A stretch of DNA of 64,000 bases. Source: an uncultured Acholeplasmatales bacterium. GTDB lineage: Bacteria > Bacillota_I > Bacilli_A > ML615J-28 > CAG-698. Shown here piece after piece: positions 37,405 to 47,000 of the stretch (position 1 is the stretch's first letter; every line of letters starts with the position of its first letter). The notes beneath the pieces are model-generated. The model ran no database searches and had not been told where the DNA came from. It saw only the letters and a program-made list of their open reading frames with translations. Location: contig CALEGD010000065.1 of NCBI GenBank assembly GCA_937877075.1, forward strand, positions 13,906-77,905, read 5' to 3'. The position numbers and the translations under genes were made by a program.

Positions 37405-37808
37405 TTAGTTATTTTGTCCGACTTTACTGTAATCAATATTTGTTTTTTTAATAGACACATAGTTTGTATTTGTTTTAGCATTTTCCAAATAAATATAATT
37501 ATTTACGAAATAGAAGATTGTAGGATCACCATTGTTTGTATTAACATAAACAATCAAACTTGCATTCATTATTTTATCATTTATATTAGAATCAGTAATT
37601 TTATATTTAACATCCAAATGCTGATAAAATTTACTTTCAAATTCCCAGACATAGGACTGACTGAGCTATGGAAGTGTTACAGCCTGCACTTTCAATGTTT
37701 TCTATTTCAAAGCCAGCTGCTTCGTATAAAGACATACCTTCTTTTTTACATGCTGTCAATCCAAACATAACAATAAAGATAATTAAAAACACAACAATCC
37801 TTTTCATT
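37405..37808 (-). pseudogene. frameshifted lipoprotein gene (signal-peptide piece 37640-37808 + body 37405-37617)
   Basis: GAGGAGG RBS then MKRIVVFLIIFIVMFGLTACKKEG... (lipobox LTAC) ending at TGA after 56 codons. The adjacent 70-aa ORF continues in another frame. A ~45-nt GC-rich segment lies at the junction. Confidence 0.5.
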
Positions 37809-37886
37809 TGATACCTCCTCTATAAATTATCTAAATTCCTATTAGTTAGACAAATTGGAATATCGTTCCATTAATACTAGATTATA

Positions 37887-38348
37887 TTAACCAATCATAA
37901 GATCCATCTCGATAACTTTAATACCTTTGCCCCTAAAATATTTTATATATTCAGCCTTCTTTATATTTGAGTTTTCTATTAGAAAATGAAATGATTTTTT
38001 AATTCCACCTATTGTGTAAATTGTCGTATCAAAAGATCCATAGTAAGTATTTATCTTAATTTTTTTAATTTCTTTAACATTGAAAAAATACACTGATTTT
38101 CTTTTATAAAAATAGATTTTTTCATCACATATTTTTATAGCTACATTCGGTTGGAAGAATAAATGAATTGAAAATATAATAAGGATACTAGAAGAAAGTA
38201 AAATTATTAGATTATAAAATATTATATTATTACCAAATAATTTTGACATCGAAAAAAATATACTCGATGAAATAAGAATGATAGCCGGAATAATCAAAAA
38301 TAGAATTTGTTTTTTTGAATTTATTGCAATGTATTCATTATGAACCAT
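37887..38348 (-). CDS. small membrane protein of unknown function
   Basis: 153 aa. Two N-terminal TM helices. Confidence 0.35.
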   Translation of the reverse strand: MVHNEYIAINSKKQILFLIIPAIILISSSIFFSMSKLFGNNIIFYNLIILLSSSILIIFSIHLFFQPNVAIKICDEKIYFYKRKSVYFFNVKEIKKIKINTYYGSFDTTIYTIGGIKKSFHFLIENSNIKKAEYIKYFRGKGIKVIEMDLMIG

Positions 38349-38960
38349 AAACTTTCTCCGTTCTAAGCTTTATTATATATTAATGATAAATTGCTATTAA
38401 TCCCGCGACAAATTGGAAGTTATCAAACTATACATGATTCAACTTTTTCTCTTCTTCTTGTTATGTAAAAAATTACAATAGATTATTTCAACTATTTCTT
38501 TACTAGTAACATCTCTATAAAGGACAACAGCAAAAATACTAGCGTTTTAATAAAGCTAACTTTGCATCTTTTTCTAACAAACGGTCATTGTCTCATTCTG
38601 GTCGCAAAAATATATTTTTCAGCAGTACTTTTAGTACAAATATTTGAACCAAAATTACCATTAATGAATCCGTCATACAAGAATTGTGCTAACCAAATAT
38701 ATGCACCTTGTTCAAGGTTTCTTTCGTAAACTCCAGTAATTCCTACTTTACTAACCATAAAGTTAGTTTGATACGTAAGTAGTCCAAGATCATTTAACTC
38801 ATACAAACACTAAAACTCATTTTTAACGATAAAAACAACTCCTTGGAAATGAAACATCTCATTGTTTTTAAACACTTTATTTAAACTAATCATTTATTTA
38901 ACCCTTCTTTTTATTTTAAGTACTTAATAATACTAGTACTTATTTACAATTACAATGTTC

Positions 38961-39275
38961 TTATACATTCTCTAGAGTAAACATTAAACTTGATAGCCAC
39001 ATTCCAGATCGATATTTGAAAATTACTTTATCTTTTTCTCTAATTAACTCATCTGTATACCTATTGTATTCATAATCCTTAATCATTATATCAACTACTT
39101 TTTCAAACATTTTCGAAGCTTCGGAGTAATTTACTATTGTTAACATATCATTTTTCACTATTGTCCAACCAGGTCCTTTATACATTGCATTAATATTTCT
39201 AATGTCTTTATCATTAATATTCATACTTTTTGAAACATTAACCCCGCTACCCTCCATATGAATTATATAACCCAT
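38961..39275 (-). CDS. hypothetical protein (candidate immunity-like small protein)
   Basis: 104-aa ORF with coding-like composition. 20 nt downstream of the 169-aa ORF, same strand. Confidence 0.3.
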   Translation of the reverse strand: MGYIIHMEGSGVNVSKSMNINDKDIRNINAMYKGPGWTIVKNDMLTIVNYSEASKMFEKVVDIMIKDYEYNRYTDELIREKDKVIFKYRSGMWLSSLMFTLENV

Positions 39276-39295
39276 GTATTTACTCCTTTCACTTA

Positions 39296-39805
39296 TTAAA
39301 ACATTGGTCCAATTACATTTGTAAAATGACCATCTATCAATCCTCTTAAACCATCAATGATTTCATTCGTAGAAACCAAGTAGTCATCATAATCCACTTG
39401 TAGTAATGCTACTGATTTATGTTGATTTAGTTGTAACCTAACATTAAATCCATCCCTCATAACAATATTATCTAATATAAAATTCATTGCTTGGTTATAA
39501 TTAGAATTATTAATCTTTTTTTGATTTTTCACATCATAAACATAAAAAGGATCACCATCAACAGCAGGATTCAAATCTCTAATTTCAAGTAACTTTCCAT
39601 CAATGCTAAAGAATATTTCATAAAATGCTTTATATCTATTGCTGTGCACATTTTCTCTGAAATACACATACAGTAAACTATTAATACCAGTTTTTAATTC
39701 AGAGAACTCCCTAAAAGAATTATCAATAAATGTCATCCTACCTTCACTTAATGCTATTTGATCCATCATGACTGAATGACTCGCATACCACTTAAACCTA
39801 TCCAT
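39296..39805 (-). CDS. hypothetical protein
   Basis: 169-aa ORF. No recognisable motif. Confidence 0.3.
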   Translation of the reverse strand: MDRFKWYASHSVMMDQIALSEGRMTFIDNSFREFSELKTGINSLLYVYFRENVHSNRYKAFYEIFFSIDGKLLEIRDLNPAVDGDPFYVYDVKNQKKINNSNYNQAMNFILDNIVMRDGFNVRLQLNQHKSVALLQVDYDDYLVSTNEIIDGLRGLIDGHFTNVIGPMF

Positions 39806-41074
39806 ATACTATTTTCCGCCTTTCTTATTGTAAAATCTAAAACCTATTATTTTCCCTAATTAATTCATTGAACATCGACATTTAATCTTCTTAAATCTAT
39901 AATAGTACTATAAATTACTATTTAATGAGCTATCATCTCATTAAAATTATATCATTATTTAATCAATAAAACTACTTAGTTTTTTTATTATGAAAATTAT
40001 GGAGGAACCAAAAATAAAACATCTTTATTTTACTGAGTTTTTTATAAGTAAAAGAAACCCGTTTCCATATCACAAATTAATTGACTAAAACGCTAGAGGC
40101 TGCTGAAAAAGAATACTGTTTTTGGCATCAATGTTGAAAACCCAAAAATAAAACCGGAATGTGAACACAACAGTTCAAATATTCCGGTTTTTATATTTTA
40201 AAAATAGTGTAACCAAGATAATCAGTTTGTTTTCTTGGCTTTTTCTTCCCCTATTGTTATTATTCTTTAATGGGCATTGCCTTCTCGAAAATGTCTTTTA
40301 TGTATTGTTTCGTTTGTTTGGGTATGCTTTTATTTTAAGCAAATATTTCTTTATCTAGATTCTCTGCTGTACAATTGAGCATTTTCTTAAATTGAAACAT
40401 ATCTAAGAAACCCTGAAGATGTTTTATTGTCAATTATATTTTAACTTGTAATTTAAGATATGCAAGTACAAAGTGAATTTTTTTGCCATTAATGGCATTT
40501 TATTTCAGTTTCCGACATCTAAAAGTAGTGAACACTCATTTAAAAGTGGTTTATTTCAATTTAGATAGTTTTTCATACTAGGTCAAATTTTAAATGAATT
40601 GCATTTTCGTATGGAAGTATATAGGAAGTTCCATCTTGAAAAAAGGACTTAAGAAAGTACGATCCATTTCCATCCTCTATTGGTTAAACCATTACCGGAT
40701 TAAGTGGATAGATTGCTTTGAGTTTATATGTTTCACTATCATACATTGGATAAACAAACGTATTATCATTTAATAATGGTAGTGAGATAGTTTTATATAA
40801 GAACTGATAAGGAATCATTAATGGGTTAGGTCTATATTTCAAAAGAAAAGCGATGGGTCCAGTCTTTTCTGTCTGTTCGCTATAATGGTGTTTTAAGGGA
40901 TCTACAATAATATCCATGCATAATAAAACGACCTGTAGCTCCACATGAGCAATTACAAGTCGAAAAACCTATTGAATAATAAGTTGTTAATCAGACATAT
41001 TGATTATTGTATATTCCGGTCAAAAAAAAACAACCATATTTATTAGATATAGTTGCTTTTTTGATTCTTATTTT

Positions 41075-44000
41075 TTAGAATCCATAAATGATGCTTGAAT
41101 AATTTCTCCACACATTTGTATTCTTATACGTGAATAAGCTAGATGTCGGAACATAGATCGTTAGTGAATAAGTATTATCCAAAGCATATGAATCTAGGGT
41201 TGGAGGAGTTGTGTTATATAGTCTTAAGCTGAAGTTGTTACAATAACTAAATGCAAAGGCATCTATTCTAGTAACATTATTCAAAATTACTTGGTTAAGT
41301 AAGGCACAATCATAGAAAGCACCATAGGCTATAGCTCCGCCATTCACAGTGACTTTTCTTAGTCCACTAGGTAAATAGAAAGTGGCAATCATGCCAACAT
41401 GATTTCTTTGCCTTGCACCAATACTACCCTGGTATTGTTCAGTACCAAATAGATATCCTAAAAGCATTGCCGTTTCTCTGTTCTTCCCTAAGAAGGGCAA
41501 ATTAACCTCAGTTAAACTGTTACAGCCACTAAATATATAATCCGATATATTATTAACAGAGTTTGGAATATTTACCGATTTTAAAGATGAACATCCCATA
41601 AAAGCATACTCTTCGATATCTGTTAGACTTGACGGCATCGCAATCGAAATTAAGTTGTTGCAATCTTTAAAGGCATATTTTCCAATAGTCAATACACCAT
41701 CAGGAATGTTATAAGTAGTATCTGTTCTTCCTATTGGATATAATATTAGCTTTGTGCCAGATTTGTCATATAAGATGCCATCGATACTTGAAAAGTAATT
41801 ATTTCCGGAAGCTACAACAATCTCTGCTATATTTCTATAATTTCTAAAGGAATACTCTGTGATTGTAGTTACTCCAGATAATAATTCAACTCTAATAACC
41901 CTATTATTAAAGGCATAATGATCGATACTGCTTACAGTCGAGGGGATAGTAATGTCAGTTGAATTACCAGTGTATTGGATGAGTTTGCCATTTTGAATAG
42001 CAAATCCATTACTATTAATAATTGTTTTTGAAAATATTGAAAAAGAATAACTTACCCAGCCTGTTGCTGACTTATAGCTTGATAATTGTAGCGAAGGCAC
42101 ATAAAATCTACGACCACTGCCATTATTCGTAAAAGCACCTGTTCCTAATACGGGTGGAGTTGTACCATTAAGAAAAACAGTGGCCAAGTCAGTACAATTA
42201 CTGAAGGCATTATCACCGATACTACTGATACTTGACGGTACAGTTATTGATAATAAGCTACTACAACCAGCAAATGCATTATTGCTGATAGTCGTAATGC
42301 CATTAGGAATAACGATACTATTCAAATTGCTACAACCACTAAAAGCGTAACTACCGATATTAGTCACATTTTTGATGGTTATTTCATTAATCATTACGCA
42401 ATTTGAGAAAGCGCCATAATTAAGAGAATTACCAGTTATATTTACTTTAACCAAACCACTTGGTATATAATATTTAATTGAAGAACCATTATATACTTGT
42501 GTTGCTTCAGTTGAGCCAGAATAACTAGTTGTTCCAAAAATATATCCAAATAGCGCACTTGCGTTTGTTGCTTCTTTACTCTCACCAACAAATGGTAAAG
42601 TCATTTCTTCTAAACCACTGCAACCACTAAAGGCATTACTACTAATGCTTACAACATTTGCAGGAATATTGATTGAATTTAAACTAGTACAGCCATTAAA
42701 TGCATAAGAGCCGATTCTGTTTAAACCATCGCTTAGAGCAATAGCTGTTAGGCCAGTACATCCAGAAAACAGATAATCGCTTAATGCAATAACACCGGAA
42801 GGAATTTCCAATACCGATAATTTTCTACAGCCAGCAAATGCATAAGAGCCAATACTTGTTAGATTTGCAGGAAGTGCTATAAATTCAAGTTCTAGGCAAT
42901 CGTTAAAAGCATAATTTCCGATGCTTTGAAGTTGACTATCTTCTTCAAAAACTACACTTTCTAAATTACTGCAACCCTTAAATGCATAATCATCAATCTT
43001 GGTAATTGAAGCAGGGATGGTTACACTAGTGAGATGATAATCAAAGGCATATGCGCCTATTTGTGTTACTGAGTCTGGAATCGTCACTTCATTTAAAGAT
43101 CCATGATATTGAATCAATCTACCATCTTGAATGGCAAAACCATTTTCATCAATTATTGATTCAGAATAGATATTACTTAAATAATTTTTCCAGTTATCTG
43201 CTCCTTGATAGGATGATAAACTTTCTAAGGGAACATATAACTTTACGCTTAAATTGCTTTCGAAAGCGCCATACTCTAATACTGGAGGAGTAAGTGGCTT
43301 CAGTATAACTGTTCTGAGATTATCAGAAAACTTGAAAGCATAATAACCAATATTTGTAACATTTGTTGGGATAATTATTGACTCAAGTCCATCACAATTA
43401 GAGAAAGCATAATCATCGATAATACTTAGTTCGCTATTAGGGTCAAAATAAACATTTCTTAGATTAGTATTGCCGTTGAAAGCATATTGACCAATCTTGG
43501 TTACAGTTGTTGGAATAACTATCGATTCTAAATCCAGGCAGCCATAAAAGGCATAATTTCCAATCAGTTCAAGTTGACTGTTTTCTAAAAATTCTACATT
43601 ACTTAGATTAATACAGTCCCTAAAAGCATTATTATCAAGTTCTATCACCGTATCCGGTATAGTAATATTTTCTAAACTGTCTCTAAAAGCATAGGCTCCA
43701 ATTTTCGAAACAGCATTAGGGATAGTAATATCGACTAAATCACCAAGATATTGAACGAGCAATCCCTCTTGGATTGCAAAGCCATTCTCATCAATGATTG
43801 CTTGCGAATGAATTATGTTTTTATAATTACTCCAAGGGTATTTTGCTTGGTAACTTTGTAATGCTTTTGCAGGCACATAGATTTTTAAACCAATATTGTT
43901 ATTTTTAAAAGCCTCAATCATCTCCGGAGGGGTAGGATTATTGCTGTAAACATATGTTAGATCAAGGCATTTATCAAAGGCAGCTCTTCCAATATTTGTA

Positions 44001-47000
44001 GTTGTTTGGGGGATTGTAATTGACATTAGTTTATTACAATTATAAAAAGCAGCTTCGCCGATATTTTCCATATTGTTAATAACAATTTCTTCAATCATTG
44101 AACAATTATAAAACGCACCGTAGTTTAGTTTGCTTCCAGTAATTTCTACCTTCTTTATACTTTGGGGAATATAATAGGAAGTACTTGAATCACTAGAATA
44201 ATATTGGGCGATATTGATAGCATTTGGATAAGAATATTTTCCAAATATATAACCAAATAAAGCAGAAGGACCCGTAGCATCTAAAGATGCCCCAACAAAA
44301 GGCAGTGTTAAATCAATAAGATTACCACAACTACTTAAAGCATTTTGGCCTATTGTTTCGACGGAGTCAGGTATTATTAAAGAACTTAAACCAAGACAAT
44401 TATTAAAAGCATTATTTCCAATACTAGTTAGACTTTCTGGTAATTGAATTGAAGTAAGACTAGTGCAGCCATTAAATGTATACTCGCCAATGCTAGTTAC
44501 ACCGGAAGGGATGGTTAGTGTGACGAGGCTAATACAATTAGAAAATAAACTGTCTTCTAATTTTTCTAATTGCGAATTTTCTTCAAGATTTGTATTTACA
44601 AGATTACTACAATACGCAAATGCAAAGTCACCTAGATACCAAAGCTTATTGTTTTCCTCAAAACTTACAGTTTCTAATTTACTACAACCAGAAAAAGCAT
44701 TATCATAAATAATCATTACTTCTTCAGGAATATTTATTGAAATTAGATTGCTGCAATTTGCGAGAGCAGAATAATAAATACCGATGGTTTCAGGCTTCAA
44801 AGTAGCGGACTCTAAGGTTTTACCAACAGTCCCCATGAGCCAATTACCTAAATATTTTAAGTTATTATCATAAATTTCATAGATGATTTTATTGGAGTTA
44901 TAAAAAGCATTCTGACTAATGCTAGTAACTCCATCAGGAATACTAATTGATTCCAGATTTGTACAGTAAGAAAATACATTATCACCGAGATAGTTTAATT
45001 TACTATTTTCACTTATGATAACAGTAACTAATTTGGAGCAACCAGAGAATGTAGAACCATAGAGAGAAGTTATACCATCGGGGATGGTAATTGATAAAAG
45101 ACTTGTACAATTTTCAAAGGCATTAAAGCCGATAGTTATTAGCTCACTATCTTCTGCCATGTTTACATTTTGTAGTTTGCTGCAACTAGCAAATGCGGAA
45201 TCGCCTATATTTACCACTGATTTTGGAATCGTAATTGAGACAAGATTATTACAATTATAAAATGCTTTTTCGCCAATACTAGTTAATTCTGTAGGAATTG
45301 TAATTGAAGTTAAAGTAGAACAATTATAAAAAGCTCCATAATTAATTGATCCACCAGTGATGACAACATTGCGTAAATTTGCTGGAATGTAATAGGTCAT
45401 TTTAGAATAGCTTGCATAAAATTGGTCAGTAGTGATACTTCCAGTATAGAAGGTTTGGCCAAAAATATATCCAAATAGCCTCTCACTAGCCTGAGTTGTT
45501 TTTCCAGCGCCAACAAAAGGTAGTACCATTTCCGTTAAGCCACTACAACCAGCAAAGGCTCCATCGCCAATTTTGCTTACTTTATCAGAGATATTTACAG
45601 AAGTAAGGTTCTTACAACCATAAAAAGCATTGCTTGCTATTTGGCCATCTTTAATAGTAACCTTCTTTAATGATGAAGGAACATAATTTGCATTAGTACC
45701 ATAACTAGTTGCACCAAAGATAAAACCAAAATGATTGTTACTGCTACTAATGCTTTCACCAACAAAAGGTAAGGTTATTTCTTCTAAGCTAGTACATCCA
45801 GAGAAGGCCCCACTACCAATACTCAGCACAGTGTCAGGAATAACAACTGAAGTGATATTACTGCAATTAGCGAAGGCATTATCATAGATACCAATAGTAT
45901 TATATTTAAAATTTATATTTGTAATAGTAGTGTTTACAGTGTCTATTAACCAGTTTCCTAAATATTTTAAGTTTCCGTCATAGACCTGATACTCCAATTT
46001 GCTATTATTAAACGCATCACGCCCAATTGAAGTTACGCTTTCTGGCATATTTAGTGAAGTCAAACTAGTACAGTTATAGAATGCCTTATCACCGATACTA
46101 GTAACTTCAGGAAGAGTAATCGAGTTCAAATTTCTGCAATTAGAGAAAGCTCCATATTTTATTTCGCCACCGGTGATTGTAACCTTTGTTAATTTCGAAG
46201 GTAAATTAAAGATTACCTTACCAGTTTCTGAATAATACTGCTCTACTGCTATACTTCCAGTAAAGGAAGTGTTCCCAAAGATGTTTCCGAATAAGGCTAA
46301 GTCTGGGGAAGCATTAATTCTAGTGCCGACAAAAGGCAGCGTCATTTCTGTTAAGTTTTCGCAACCTCTAAAGGCATTTCTGCCGATACTTGTTACACTA
46401 TCAGGAATAACCACAGTTGTTAGATTGTTGCAGCCAGAAAATGCCGATTCTGGTATCGTAGTCCCGCCGGTAACAGTCATTGTTTTTATTTTAGAACAGA
46501 TATTTGAACCAAATAAATTAGCTGCAGTCGTATACAAATAAGGTACTGTAATAGCTTCGATACTATTACAATTATAAAGAATAGAATTCCCCATTTTAGT
46601 TATACTATCAGGAAATACAATCTCCTCAATACTGATACAAAACGCAAAGGCGTAATCTTCTACTTCTGTAACTGACATTAAATTTACAGTCTTAATATTT
46701 ATACAATTGAAAAACGCACCATAATTTACTATTCCACCTGTAATCGTAACTGTATCCAATCCGGAAGGAATATAATAGGTTGCATTATAACTTTGGGGAT
46801 AAGCTGGGTTATAGTAATAGAATTGTTTCGCTGAATAACTACCTTCATAGTATGTTGTCCCAAAAATATAACCAAATAAAGAATTGGTTTGGGAGGTAAT
46901 TTTTCCACTTCCAATAAAAGGTAATGTCATTTCGGTCAAGCCACGACACCCGCTAAAGGCTGAACTGCCGATGCTTGTAACGCTATCAGGAATCACTAGT

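Noticed and set aside
37655-37700. Possible homology of the GC-rich insertion in the lipoprotein pseudogene to repeat copy A.
   Set aside because: The shared material is only a 9-mer (GACTGACTG) plus GAGCT. A single chance match is plausible at this window size, so it is kept only as a note.
37324-37770. Plus-strand 148-aa ORF.
   Set aside because: Extreme Ile/Phe/Cys low-complexity translation, no RBS, and it is antisense to a lipoprotein gene that has an RBS and a lipobox.
40161-40358. 65-aa plus-strand ORF, and possible AraC-like remnant peptides in 40230-40420.
   Set aside because: No start/RBS context. The recognisable peptide stretches are too short to assign.
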